Virus record (IMG/VR): IMGVR_UViG_3300046542_000291
Location: 1-64,000 of that record
Length of the DNA stretch: 64,000 nucleotides
Strand: one strand, 5' to 3'
Position numbers and translations under genes: made by a program. How positions within the stretch are numbered: the stretch's first letter is position 1; each line of letters starts with the position of its first letter. Under the pieces are notes generated by a model. It made no database searches and was not told the origin of the DNA. It worked only from the letters and a program-made list of their open reading frames with translations. Shown piece after piece: positions 9,901 through 19,143 of this stretch.

Positions 9901-10854
9901 TTACAGGGTGGTCGATGTCACCAAATCTTGATCCAGAATGTAGCGTTCAGCACGCTCACGCTGTTTCGGGGGTAGGTAGTCCCCATTCAACATCGAACGG
10001 GCAAGGTCTGCATCGGAATCTTTCTCGACATCCAAACGGGAATCTTCATCTTCCCGCTCACGGATCTCCATGACACCGGAAGTAGAGATGTCACCGAGGT
10101 AGTGAACACCTGGGTCGATCCAGTTGCTGAAGTCTTCGATACCAAAGGCACGCAGCACTTCTCGGATGTAGCCTTTCTTGAACGCCGCCAGGTCATGAAT
10201 ACCCAGAGCCGCTGCCATGTCGTAGTTGACATCTTCAACAGTACGTCGGCTCCACTTCACTTGTGGGTGAAGGTCAGTGATCGTCTCTGCCAAGATGGCA
10301 ATGACCTGACTGATTGGATAGACCGCGAACTGCTGTTCGAATGCGTCTGTAAGCTTTTCCAGCATTTGACTGAGATCAATCCGAACGAACTCTTCGTGAT
10401 CCAGTCCCATCATCTTGTCGTATTCCAGCACACGATGATCGTCACCTTCTACCAGCACGATACTGGTGCCGGTGTTCATTACCTTCCACTGAGTCCAAGA
10501 CACGCGGTTGGCAACAGTATTTACTTGTATGGCAAGATCGTCGTAAAGTGCTTGGAGCCACTTTGGCTCGAACAGCTTTTCAGCCAACTTTACTTGTCTG
10601 TGGAGAACGGTATCAACCGAAGTACCGAACAAGATTGCTGCACGCATGACATCCCAGTCTACATGCGCTTTCATGTTCTTATTGCGTTGGTCCATCAGTT
10701 CACCGACGATGCAGTGAACGACCTGCAGCGCGATCCGTTTGTTCGGTTGAACCATCCCGCTCAGCGAATGCTGATTTTGTGCATGCTTCAGGTAGTCAAG
10801 CATCACATCTACCTGATGTCGCACATTCAGGACAATCAACTTATTATCCGACAT
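9901..10854 (-). CDS. hypothetical protein (317 aa)
   Basis: GAGAGG SD, long ORF. Confidence 0.8.
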   Translation of the reverse strand: MSDNKLIVLNVRHQVDVMLDYLKHAQNQHSLSGMVQPNKRIALQVVHCIVGELMDQRNKNMKAHVDWDVMRAAILFGTSVDTVLHRQVKLAEKLFEPKWLQALYDDLAIQVNTVANRVSWTQWKVMNTGTSIVLVEGDDHRVLEYDKMMGLDHEEFVRIDLSQMLEKLTDAFEQQFAVYPISQVIAILAETITDLHPQVKWSRRTVEDVNYDMAAALGIHDLAAFKKGYIREVLRAFGIEDFSNWIDPGVHYLGDISTSGVMEIREREDEDSRLDVEKDSDADLARSMLNGDYLPPKQRERAERYILDQDLVTSTTL

Positions 10855-10866
10855 CTTCCTCTCCCG

Positions 10867-11265
10867 TTAGTCGATAGGCAGTTGCAACCAAATGGTTCCT
10901 CCTGCCCGGTAAAAATTTGCTATCACACCGGCGTACTTCGGACCAATGGGTCTCAGGATTTCCCACAGTTCAGACCAGGCATCCACATTGAGGTTGAACC
11001 AAGCAATTTCTTCTTGGGTGTTCAACTCCTTGTTGTAGCCCGAGATCCAGATTTCCTGGAAGCTATTAATGGCAAACGAAAGGAATTCGTTAACTAACAT
11101 CTCATACGCCATGGCGCGAGACTGCTCTGCACCGTACATTAATAGCGTACGATTGCAGAGAACCTTCTGTGTTACCAAACTAGAACTGGGGTGTTGTCTG
11201 AGCAATCCCATGACACGTCTTACGTCGAATGCCAAAACGTCAGATCTACTCTGGGCTGGACTCAT
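10867..11265 (-). CDS. hypothetical protein (132 aa), first gene of an early operon
   Basis: Directly downstream of the promoter motif at 11296. Confidence 0.7.
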   Translation of the reverse strand: MSPAQSRSDVLAFDVRRVMGLLRQHPSSSLVTQKVLCNRTLLMYGAEQSRAMAYEMLVNEFLSFAINSFQEIWISGYNKELNTQEEIAWFNLNVDAWSELWEILRPIGPKYAGVIANFYRAGGTIWLQLPID

Positions 11266-11295
11266 TTTCGGATCTCTCGTAAATGCCTCAAGTCA

Positions 11296-11312
11296 GTAAT
11301 ATAGATTTGAAA
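11296..11312 (-). promoter_or_regulatory. early-type promoter TTTCAAATCTATATTAC
   Basis: Match to the repeated motif. Confidence 0.7.
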
Positions 11313-11412
11313 CTTTTTGTGATCGATTGTAAGGCCTTATGTATAGTATACCCCATGTAGGTATTAGTTTACTTACGAAAACCCTCCCAGGAGCTTTATA
11401 GGAAGCCTGAGC

Positions 11413-12225
11413 ATGAATGCCATCACTAAGGCACTCTCCGATTTGAAGTTTCGTATCCCTCCACAGATCCTCAATGACGCTTTCATGAACAAAGACATGT
11501 ACGATGCCCAGTCTAACTGTGGTGCCGCCATCTCTTTGGAGACGCGTATCCGTCAATCGGTCATTGAAGAGCGTGTGATGGTGGATATGGATCTCATCGG
11601 TGGGACTAAGACCTACATCCCGCTGGACTATCCAGTGTCGTCCCAGTGGGTTGATCCCTACACCGTGATCTATCAGATCCCAGACGAATACACCAACCAG
11701 CGAGCGATCGTTCAGGTGTTCGATATCCACTTCGGTATTCTGGGTTACCAGAACGCCGGATATGCCATGCACTATAATGAGTCGGTCATGGGGGCTGAGA
11801 CACGCAAGGTTCTGGATGCCGCTCGTCGGTTGCCTGTGGCCATGACGTCTTACATCAACATGATCAACCACAACACGGTCATGGTGCGTTACGTCTACCT
11901 GCCAACTGCTGCTGCTTATCTGTCGTGCCGTCTGGGTAACGACGATAACCTGATCAACATTCGTGCTCAAGCCATCCCACCGTTCTGCAAGTTGGTGGAG
12001 TACGCTGTTAAGGCCTACATCTATAACACCTCCTTGATCGAGATGGGTGACGCACAACTGCGTATGGGTCAAGAGCTGGGTGTCTACAAGGACACGATCA
12101 TGGAGTGGCGTGAAGCCAACGATCTCTATGATGAACAACTGAAGAAATGGCGTAAGATCTCTCGGAACTTCAACGATCCGGAAGGTAACCGTCACCACAT
12201 TCGGACGATCATGGCTGCGCCGTAA
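11413..12225 (+). CDS. putative virion structural protein (270 aa)
   Basis: Isolated plus-strand gene with AGGA SD, upstream TATG (late-type) and its own terminator; resembles phiKZ-family virion proteins. Confidence 0.7.
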   Translation: MNAITKALSDLKFRIPPQILNDAFMNKDMYDAQSNCGAAISLETRIRQSVIEERVMVDMDLIGGTKTYIPLDYPVSSQWVDPYTVIYQIPDEYTNQRAIVQVFDIHFGILGYQNAGYAMHYNESVMGAETRKVLDAARRLPVAMTSYINMINHNTVMVRYVYLPTAAAYLSCRLGNDDNLINIRAQAIPPFCKLVEYAVKAYIYNTSLIEMGDAQLRMGQELGVYKDTIMEWREANDLYDEQLKKWRKISRNFNDPEGNRHHIRTIMAAP

Positions 12226-12237
12226 CAAAAAAAAATA

Positions 12238-12268
12238 CATAGGCTCTCCCGTCTGGGAGAGCTTTATG
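12238..12268. terminator. bidirectional hairpin terminator
   Basis: GCTCTCCC-GTCT-GGGAGAGC with CATA/TTTATG flanks between convergent genes. Confidence 0.8.
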
Positions 12269-12269
12269 T

Positions 12270-12539
12270 TTACTTGCTTTTCTTTTTGACGAGGTCGCTA
12301 AGGACATTAGCGATGATGTGAAGAGATGCATTTTCATGAAGGTGGATTGCCTCACCTGTTTTAGTGAACGGACGCAAAGTAGCAACGTCCTCGTGCTCGT
12401 ACGAATCGTCATTCCTAGCACGGCTAACTGTAACTGTGCTGCTCCTGACTGCCACGATGTAATACCCATGCCTATATGTCGCTATCCCCTTACCGATTAG
12501 GCATGCTGCGTTAGTGATGATTAAAGTTGTGTTTTTCAT
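12270..12539 (-). CDS. hypothetical protein (89 aa), AT-rich
   Basis: AGGAG SD and its own sigma70-like promoter. Confidence 0.7.
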   Translation of the reverse strand: MKNTTLIITNAACLIGKGIATYRHGYYIVAVRSSTVTVSRARNDDSYEHEDVATLRPFTKTGEAIHLHENASLHIIANVLSDLVKKKSK

Positions 12540-12575
12540 TTCTTTCTCCTAATGTTGTTTTTGTTTGTTATTAAC

Positions 12576-12604
12576 AGTTTACCTCATTTTAAAGTAAGTG
12601 TCAA
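12576..12604 (-). promoter_or_regulatory. sigma70-type promoter TTGACA-N17-TAAACT
   Basis: Consensus -35 (12604-12599), 17-nt spacer, -10 TAAACT (12581-12576). Confidence 0.7.
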
Positions 12605-12613
12605 GTGGTACAG

Positions 12614-12650
12614 CATAAAAAGTTCTCCCCGAAGGGAGAACTCGTTTATT
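12614..12650 (-). terminator. hairpin terminator
   Basis: AGTTCTCCC-CGAA-GGGAGAACT right after the 12654 stop. Confidence 0.75.
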
Positions 12651-12653
12651 TCG

Positions 12654-13364
12654 TTAGACGTCGATGATTGCCATAAACGCCGCATGATTCTTGGCAAGGT
12701 TAGTTGCCAGTTTGAGGAAGGTCAATTGAGCACCTTCTTCGTCAACCCGTGTAACCGTGAAGAGGTGATGCCTGCCGTGGTAAACAGAAACAGCTGTGCA
12801 ATCATTGCTGATGCGACAGTTGTATTGCGAATACCAGATAACGCTTGGCAGTGGTCGCATGTCCAGAAGTTCGTTAGCCCACTTCTTTACCAGCCGTTCA
12901 AGTTCGTCGACAGAGTATTCCTTAGCGTCGACAGAATGCAACGAGGTACCCCGCTTCATCCATTCCGTCAGGTCCACGATGTTTTGAGCATCCTGGGTTG
13001 TCTTCTTGGGGTCACGTTTAGGATGACCCAGGAAATGACGGTATGCCCACAGCAAAGAGTCAGGGTGGTAGATACGGATATCATCCACAATCCAGATCCT
13101 GTCAGGCGTGCCCATGTGAATGGAAACGTCTTCAGCGATATCGATGTGAAGTCCGGTCATACCTTCCTTCTCTTCCCAACCACTGTGGCTACCACACCAC
13201 TTCTCATAAATCTCTGGAGGCAAGTCCAGATCGATATCACTGGTTTCTTTACGTAGCCCCAACAGCACCATGGCTGCGCCGTAGCCAACGATTACTTCGG
13301 TTGGATCAGCTTGCAGTTCTTGATAGACCCACTGCATGCGTGTGATGATTTCAGCACGTTTCAT
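12654..13364 (-). CDS. pol-beta superfamily nucleotidyltransferase (236 aa)
   Basis: GYGAAMVLLGLRKETSDIDL fits the GG/GxxA...G..R.T.DhD NTase signature. Confidence 0.65.
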   Translation of the reverse strand: MKRAEIITRMQWVYQELQADPTEVIVGYGAAMVLLGLRKETSDIDLDLPPEIYEKWCGSHSGWEEKEGMTGLHIDIAEDVSIHMGTPDRIWIVDDIRIYHPDSLLWAYRHFLGHPKRDPKKTTQDAQNIVDLTEWMKRGTSLHSVDAKEYSVDELERLVKKWANELLDMRPLPSVIWYSQYNCRISNDCTAVSVYHGRHHLFTVTRVDEEGAQLTFLKLATNLAKNHAAFMAIIDV

Positions 13365-13365
13365 A

Positions 13366-13884
13366 TTACTTCCTCTTTACGTCAAGTTTGGTAGTGCGGT
13401 TATGGCGAAGGGTTTCTACGATCAAGCTAGGCTTGAAAGCTTTCTGTGTATCTCGTTGCGTGAATGGTTTATCCTGATTGAATAGCACATCTCGCGACTT
13501 GTCTTGTTTGTGATGAAGCCACATGTTGAGGATGTAGCACTCTTTTGTATCCATGTACTTCTTGGCCAGATCCCAGGCTGGGTAGCCGAGAGCACGGCAG
13601 ACCAAATGTAGGCAGGTCATGTAGTTCATGCCTGACAAGTCCCGTAACTTACGGGCATGGTCTTTGACTCGCTTTTCTTTCAGACCGGGTTGTGATGCGA
13701 TACCCATCAGGATATCACCTACCCGATCATCACGTAATACGTAGTCAGGATCATCCATGTAACCATTCAGGTTATTCGCTGCCAAGAAAGCGGCGAAGTG
13801 TTCTCCTAGGGTTTTGGATACTGCTCTGACGGTGAGTTGTTTTGGTTCCTCTTGGGGAGGAATCTCTGTGATCTCAACAGACAT
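13366..13884 (-). CDS. hypothetical protein (172 aa)
   Basis: GAGG SD, downstream of an early promoter. Confidence 0.75.
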   Translation of the reverse strand: MSVEITEIPPQEEPKQLTVRAVSKTLGEHFAAFLAANNLNGYMDDPDYVLRDDRVGDILMGIASQPGLKEKRVKDHARKLRDLSGMNYMTCLHLVCRALGYPAWDLAKKYMDTKECYILNMWLHHKQDKSRDVLFNQDKPFTQRDTQKAFKPSLIVETLRHNRTTKLDVKRK

Positions 13885-13918
13885 GGTGAAGCCTCTTTAC
13901 TGGATTAGATTCATTGTA

Positions 13919-13937
13919 GTGATATAGGCTTTTAAAA
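13919..13937 (-). promoter_or_regulatory. early-type promoter TTTTAAAAGCCTATATCAC
   Basis: Match to the repeated motif. Confidence 0.7.
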
Positions 13938-13956
13938 CCTTTCAAAAAAGAAACGG

Positions 13957-13986
13957 CATATCGCCTCCCCGAAGGGAGGCTTTATG
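13957..13986. terminator. hairpin terminator
   Basis: GCCTCCC-CGAA-GGGAGGC, CATA/TTTATG flanks, after the cca stop. Confidence 0.75.
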
Positions 13987-13991
13987 TTTGT

Positions 13992-15233
13992 TCATTTCTT
14001 TGGTACGGTTGCTTTCTTGTAGGCCTTTACGGCCGTCAAGCGAGCACGTCGGATAGCTTCACCCAACACCTTCCCTGTAACACCTGTAGCCACCACTGGG
14101 CCAACATCTACGGCACGCACGACATCAGCTGCATCCCGAAGGTATTGCGCCTGCGGATAGTCACGTTGTTCAAAGCCTGTGCGTCCCCGAGCATCCATTT
14201 CACACGCCGAAACGAATTCATCGAATCGATGTGGTCGTCGGTATACATCAAAGATCTTCAGCAATGCCAGCAGCTTCGATGGAGTAAGGTCAAGAGCACG
14301 GTGGCCATGGGTGTGGTAACGACCTACCTTCATGGCTAAGTCCTGGCAGTCAGATGGAACCTTGAAGCGTTTGCTCACAGCCTTAATCAACGGCTCGCCA
14401 CTTTCTTCATGCCCGATGTGTTGTGGCCATGTTTCAGGTGGGGTTAATGCTTTACCCAGATCATGCATCAAGCACGACCAACGCACCGTCAGTGGTTGCT
14501 TGTACAGAGCAGCTTGTTCTAACACAGCCAGCACGTGGATACCTGTATCGATCTCTGGGTGATGAGCTGCTGGTTGTGGGATACCGAACAAGGCATCGAC
14601 TTCCGGCAACAACACTTTCAAGGCACCACATTCACGTAGAACTTGGATAAAGACCTGGGGATGCTCTTCCATCAACGCTCGGGACATCTCTTTCCAACTA
14701 CGCTCTGCCGTCAATGCGGCCAGCTCACCTGACGCACTGAGTTCGCACATCAACGCCATTGTTTCAGGGGCAATGGTGAAACCTAAACCAGCGTAACGGG
14801 CAGCGAAGCGAGCAACACGCAGAACACGAACTGGGTCTTCCGCAAAGGCTGGTGAGACATGGCGCAGGATGCGTGCATCCAGATCCCGTTTGCCGCCGTA
14901 GGGATCAGTCAGGTTGAGCTGATCGTCTTCAGCCATGGCATTGATCGTCAAGTCACGACGAGCCAGGTCTTCTTCCAGCGTTACTTCAGGACTGGCATGG
15001 AAGGTGAACCCGCCGTAGCCAATACCTGTTTTACGTTCGGTGCGAGCCAGTGCATATTCATCCCCGGTTTCCGGATTGATGAACACTGGGAAATCGGAAC
15101 CCACTGGTCGATAGCCTTGAGCAACCATCTCCTCAGCGGTAGAGCCAACCACCACCCAGTCCACGTCGGTTACAGGGAAGCCCAGCAATCGATCGCGTAC
15201 GGCTCCACCGACTTTATAAACGGGTGTTTTCAT
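13992..15233 (-). CDS. cca: multifunctional CCA tRNA nucleotidyltransferase / HD phosphatase (413 aa)
   Basis: [43 protein letters not shown] and the HD domain (HPEIDTG, LMHDLGK); closely follows the Pseudomonas Cca pattern. Confidence 0.95.
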   Translation of the reverse strand: MKTPVYKVGGAVRDRLLGFPVTDVDWVVVGSTAEEMVAQGYRPVGSDFPVFINPETGDEYALARTERKTGIGYGGFTFHASPEVTLEEDLARRDLTINAMAEDDQLNLTDPYGGKRDLDARILRHVSPAFAEDPVRVLRVARFAARYAGLGFTIAPETMALMCELSASGELAALTAERSWKEMSRALMEEHPQVFIQVLRECGALKVLLPEVDALFGIPQPAAHHPEIDTGIHVLAVLEQAALYKQPLTVRWSCLMHDLGKALTPPETWPQHIGHEESGEPLIKAVSKRFKVPSDCQDLAMKVGRYHTHGHRALDLTPSKLLALLKIFDVYRRPHRFDEFVSACEMDARGRTGFEQRDYPQAQYLRDAADVVRAVDVGPVVATGVTGKVLGEAIRRARLTAVKAYKKATVPKK

Positions 15234-15242
15234 CTTGTTCTC

Positions 15243-15557
15243 CTAGCGGTAGTGGTGCGTCATTGGAAAGATGTTGTCCATCAAACCGTCTTCGATTGCC
15301 AGGCGTGATACTGGGATAGTCAAGCCATCCTCGATGCACACTGCGTTAACAATCCGTTCAGCCTGAATGGTAACGTCAATCCAACGTGGTGTCTTCCCCG
15401 GAGCATCACGCAACCGCAACGTCAAAACTTGTGGTTGATCATTGAAACCTTTGATGTACCAATGATCACCACGACCCAGAGTAATGCGCACTTCCTCACG
15501 GGTTCCCGTGAAGTACCATTTACCATCCGACTCTTTGTTCAGTAGTAGTGGTAGCAT
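15243..15557 (-). CDS. hypothetical protein (104 aa)
   Basis: Coupled to the upstream stop (TAATG). Confidence 0.65.
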   Translation of the reverse strand: MLPLLLNKESDGKWYFTGTREEVRITLGRGDHWYIKGFNDQPQVLTLRLRDAPGKTPRWIDVTIQAERIVNAVCIEDGLTIPVSRLAIEDGLMDNIFPMTHHYR

Positions 15558-16051
15558 TATACTGCTTCCGCCTCTAGCTTGTATTTATATTGAACACCCC
15601 ATTCGGGATGTGCCCTTGCCGATGCGTAAATTGATTTCTTTCGAAGGACTGGGTATTCCTCAGTACTAACGATGGAAGTATGATAGGTAGGGTCGCTATC
15701 GGTTATGAATTGGAATAGTTCTTTGAGGTCTTCAACTTTGGCTGTTTGAACAGGAATGAGCTTCCCGTCTCCCCGAACATACCAACGTCGATATTGCCGT
15801 TTCGCCAACCGCTCCTCGACAACAGGATGAGATTGGAACTTCTCTACTTTGACACGCATGCCATTAACCGTGTTCCACACGTCGACAGTATCGTAATGTA
15901 CTAAATCATCCTTAATGAAAGCAAAGACGAAGCCTTCCAGCTTTTTGCCATAGCGGACGGCGTGTTTGAGGATCATGGCTATTTGGGCAGGCATCAGTCC
16001 GAGATCATCAGCAACGATCTCGTCCAGTAGCTTAGCTATTGACTTTGTCAT
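15557..16051 (-). CDS. hypothetical protein (MTKSIAK...)
   Basis: GGAGG SD. Confidence 0.7.
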   Translation of the reverse strand: MTKSIAKLLDEIVADDLGLMPAQIAMILKHAVRYGKKLEGFVFAFIKDDLVHYDTVDVWNTVNGMRVKVEKFQSHPVVEERLAKRQYRRWYVRGDGKLIPVQTAKVEDLKELFQFITDSDPTYHTSIVSTEEYPVLRKKSIYASARAHPEWGVQYKYKLEAEAV

Positions 16052-16133
16052 ATAGCCTCCCAATGGTTAAGTTAGTCCGGTTTCATGTCGTACCTTTCTC
16101 TTTCTTGTGGGTGGATCAAATCATTACTGCTTG

Positions 16134-16331
16134 TCAGTTAAAGCTTTTGGACATATCTTCCAACGGCAATGGACTGACCTTGTAGTAACGCTCTTCCAGC
16201 TCACCAGCAATACATTGGTGGCGGAAGAAGTTATTGGCGTCTTCTTCCTGAGTAAACCCCCGAACGAGTGACCCACCTTCAATCTCGTGGATGACCCAGA
16301 TAATGACAACGTGGTTCTTCTTCTGTGCCAT
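16134..16331 (-). CDS. hypothetical protein (65 aa)
   Basis: GGAG SD, coupled stop/start. Confidence 0.65.
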   Translation of the reverse strand: MAQKKNHVVIIWVIHEIEGGSLVRGFTQEEDANNFFRHQCIAGELEERYYKVSPLPLEDMSKSFN

Positions 16332-16759
16332 TACTCCCCCAGTATCTTGTTCATGTGTGCCAATCGCAGGACACGGTAGACTTCTTTGTTGTACATCGAT
16401 AACCCGCTACCACTAGTGAATGGGGTATAAACGACAGTGTAGCCAAGTTCGTCTTCAAGAAACTTTGCCACGGCGGCCGAACGACTGATTCCAGCAGCGC
16501 AATGGACAACGATATCTTCACCATTACACTCCGCAATGAAACGCAGTATTTTAGTGGCGTGTATGAAATCAAACACCACGTAAGCCCCGCCGATATCTTC
16601 TTCGATATCGTCAAACTCCAATCGCAATAAGCGTTTGTGTTCCACCTCAAAGACCGGTTTTGGGCTGTCGTCTTCACCGATGCTAATCATGTTGACCGGC
16701 ACACCGATGGACTGTGCCACCTGCAGCGAAAAGAAGTTAACCTTTTTGGGGTTTGGCAT
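16331..16759 (-). CDS. CX5R (PTP / dual-specificity-like) phosphatase
   Basis: VHCAAGISRSAA P-loop and the FDDI general-acid loop; start MPNPKK with GAGGT SD. Confidence 0.85.
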   Translation of the reverse strand: MPNPKKVNFFSLQVAQSIGVPVNMISIGEDDSPKPVFEVEHKRLLRLEFDDIEEDIGGAYVVFDFIHATKILRFIAECNGEDIVVHCAAGISRSAAVAKFLEDELGYTVVYTPFTSGSGLSMYNKEVYRVLRLAHMNKILGE

Positions 16760-17012
16760 AAAGTTCCACCTCACTAGGGAGCACACAGTTGCCGGTACGT
16801 GTCTTGTCTTCCATAAACCCATCGTCAATGTACAGATAGGATCGTGGGGTTACGTAGACCGCTGTCGCTGGGTTGGTGACAACGTGGTGTTTGATTGCCC
16901 CTTCACAGTCAGCCATGGTACTGAACTCAGTCAACTGTTGCTCGTGGAACAACGTGGGTAGGAACGTGCTGGTATGGAGCATTGTTACGAGTACTGCACC
17001 GACTACTGACAT
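16737..17012 (-). CDS. small hypothetical protein with hydrophobic N-terminus
   Basis: Coupled to 17012..17260. Confidence 0.6.
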   Translation of the reverse strand: MSVVGAVLVTMLHTSTFLPTLFHEQQLTEFSTMADCEGAIKHHVVTNPATAVYVTPRSYLYIDDGFMEDKTRTGNCVLPSEVELYAKPQKG

Positions 17013-17260
17013 TACGATTTACCTTGATTGATACATTCGTAGGCCGCAACTTCATACGTTTGTTTGTTGGAGATCGCAGCCTTTCCGTTTGCTGGGTTGA
17101 AGGAGACCTGGTTATTCGGATTACGTTTAGCCTGGGTGGTTTTGATTTCCAGGTGGTTGACACACTGTTGGAAGCTACCGAACGGGGTGTTGGAGAAGTC
17201 TTTGCTGGTGAGGCCGAAGAGATGTACTGTGATGTAAGTTGCAGCGAGAACCGTGGACAT
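17012..17260 (-). CDS. small hypothetical protein with hydrophobic N-terminus
   Basis: AGGA SD. Confidence 0.65.
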   Translation of the reverse strand: MSTVLAATYITVHLFGLTSKDFSNTPFGSFQQCVNHLEIKTTQAKRNPNNQVSFNPANGKAAISNKQTYEVAAYECINQGKS

Positions 17261-17292
17261 CTTATTTCCTGTAGGTCATAAAAAGAAAACAG

Positions 17293-17338
17293 CATAGAAG
17301 GAGCCCCCGTAGGGACTCCTTACCTTGGTGGGGCTATG
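17293..17338 (-). terminator. terminator after phuZ
   Basis: AAGGAG...CTCCTT hairpin with CATAG/CTATG outer arms. Confidence 0.55.
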
Positions 17339-17346
17339 CTTGTTGC

Positions 17347-18294
17347 TTAAACCACGAAACCCGCTTCGTCAGCATTGTCGTCGACACTGACCAGGCCTTT
17401 ACGGCGAGGACCTTTCGACTTCATGGTGACCAGCTTGGTTTTCTCGTCGTTGAGACCGGAGACTGCGCCCTCAACACCAACCGAGTTGATCACGAAGTGC
17501 AGTTGGGTATCACCGCCGAGTTTGGCGTCGTTACGGGCGACACCCACGGTTTGGTTGTAGGCATTGCTGAACGGAGCGATCTGGTCAACGTCGGTGTACA
17601 AGGAAGCGATCGAGATCGGGTCCAGAACACCCAGCGCTGCCTTGCGGTCAGTTTCGATGTACATGGTGCACAGTTGTGGCTCTACCGCATGACGCTTGTT
17701 GAAGAAGACCCAGTTGTGAATGTCACGTACGTCCAGGCGATCGTTCTGCTGGTCAGTCAGGCTGAGCAACGAGTCGATGGCGAACATGGCTTCGTCGTCC
17801 ATGTCAGCCCAGGCCGTTGGGTTGTTCTGAGTGAAGTGGACGATAACCGGCGAACCGGTAGCGACCGCGATACCTTCGAGGGTTTTCATGGTGTTGATCG
17901 AGTTGTCGATCTTGTCCATTGCATCCACGCAACCGATAACCACACCAACAGTCGGGTGACCACCTTTCAACAGTTCTGCCATCAAGACAGGACCGATGGT
18001 GGAACCGGAAGCACCGCCGAGGGAGAACACGACGATGTTGAACACACCCGGCTCGAAACGATCCAGGACAGTTGGAGCGAACTTACGAGCGAACGGCAGC
18101 ATATAGGAACGATCAGAACCACCGCCTTGAACGCCAGGGATCAGGAGAACCTTATCCTTCGGCAGGTGATGGGAAACGTTGGCATCACTGCCATCAACGA
18201 AACACACGTCTTCACGAGTGGCGCCAAACTTGGTGCCGATGTTGAGACCGGCGCCGCCGCAGAAGAAGATACGGGTTTTCAGTTGTTGGGACAT
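17347..18294 (-). CDS. phuZ: phage tubulin PhuZ (315 aa)
   Basis: CGGAG, GGGSDR, SLGGASGSTIGP tubulin signature, acidic C-terminal knuckle ...VDDNADEAGFVV. Confidence 0.95.
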   Translation of the reverse strand: MSQQLKTRIFFCGGAGLNIGTKFGATREDVCFVDGSDANVSHHLPKDKVLLIPGVQGGGSDRSYMLPFARKFAPTVLDRFEPGVFNIVVFSLGGASGSTIGPVLMAELLKGGHPTVGVVIGCVDAMDKIDNSINTMKTLEGIAVATGSPVIVHFTQNNPTAWADMDDEAMFAIDSLLSLTDQQNDRLDVRDIHNWVFFNKRHAVEPQLCTMYIETDRKAALGVLDPISIASLYTDVDQIAPFSNAYNQTVGVARNDAKLGGDTQLHFVINSVGVEGAVSGLNDEKTKLVTMKSKGPRRKGLVSVDDNADEAGFVV

Positions 18295-18354
18295 GGTGTT
18301 TTCCTTTTGAGTGAATTACGCTATTTACATACCACTGGGGAAAGTGGTATTTGT

Positions 18355-19143
18355 TTAGTTGCCAGTGTAGATGACTTCGACGCCGTTGCCGTCGTTCATG
18401 ACGAGGTTAAACGACTTGGTCAGTTTCTTGCCCTGCATCCAGCTTGCGCCTTGCTGCAGTACGAAGTGGTTACGCCGATCACCCCAGCAGGGCACGCCAC
18501 CGAAGAGTTCATCGAGGGGCTCTTTGAGCTCCATGCGTGAAGCCGCACAGATCGGCAATTTGCCCTGCTGGTAGTTCACTCGATAGGACTGGGCCTGTGT
18601 GCCGTCGGTATCGATGACCGCTGCATAACCCAGACGATTGGTTTCCGGATCGATGTTGTACATGACCCATTGTTCGCCGAATGGCTGCAACAATGCGTTC
18701 AGGTCACCGCGATAAACCGCCGCCACCAAAGTGACTTGTTCTTCAACCAGTTCATCGATCTTGCGGAAGTAGTGACACTGCAGGCGGGCAAGGTCGAATG
18801 CATAGCTGTATGTCACGTCGTATAGTTCGTAACCGGCTTCACGCATGGCGTCGTGCAAAGCCTCGTTACCCGCAACGATTACGCCATTACTGGTTTCCAG
18901 GTTGGATGGCCAACCATTAAAGCACTTGTCTTTAAGGTTGAAACGCATCAAATGACAGGCGGTTCTATCGGCACCTAAGGTGTTGGCCCACATGCCTGGG
19001 TCCAGTACGATTTCGGTCTTGATGAACAGACCTTGGGTCTTGCTGACGTTCTCGTAAAAGAACTTTGTCTGATCCCCGGCAGCTGGAGTGTTGGCTTCAG
19101 TCAGACCAGTTACTTCAGCAACGTTGATAAAATTAAACAGCAT
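18355..19143 (-). CDS. hypothetical protein
   Basis: Start moved to MLFNF, overlapping the upstream stop. Confidence 0.7.
   Translation of the reverse strand: MLFNFINVAEVTGLTEANTPAAGDQTKFFYENVSKTQGLFIKTEIVLDPGMWANTLGADRTACHLMRFNLKDKCFNGWPSNLETSNGVIVAGNEALHDAMREAGYELYDVTYSYAFDLARLQCHYFRKIDELVEEQVTLVAAVYRGDLNALLQPFGEQWVMYNIDPETNRLGYAAVIDTDGTQAQSYRVNYQQGKLPICAASRMELKEPLDELFGGVPCWGDRRNHFVLQQGASWMQGKKLTKSFNLVMNDGNGVEVIYTGN

Noticed and set aside
13366-13884. Glyoxalase-superfamily-like motif (ARKLR...L..V.RALGY..W)
   Set aside because: It is a short helical motif common in phage proteins and is not enough to assign a function.
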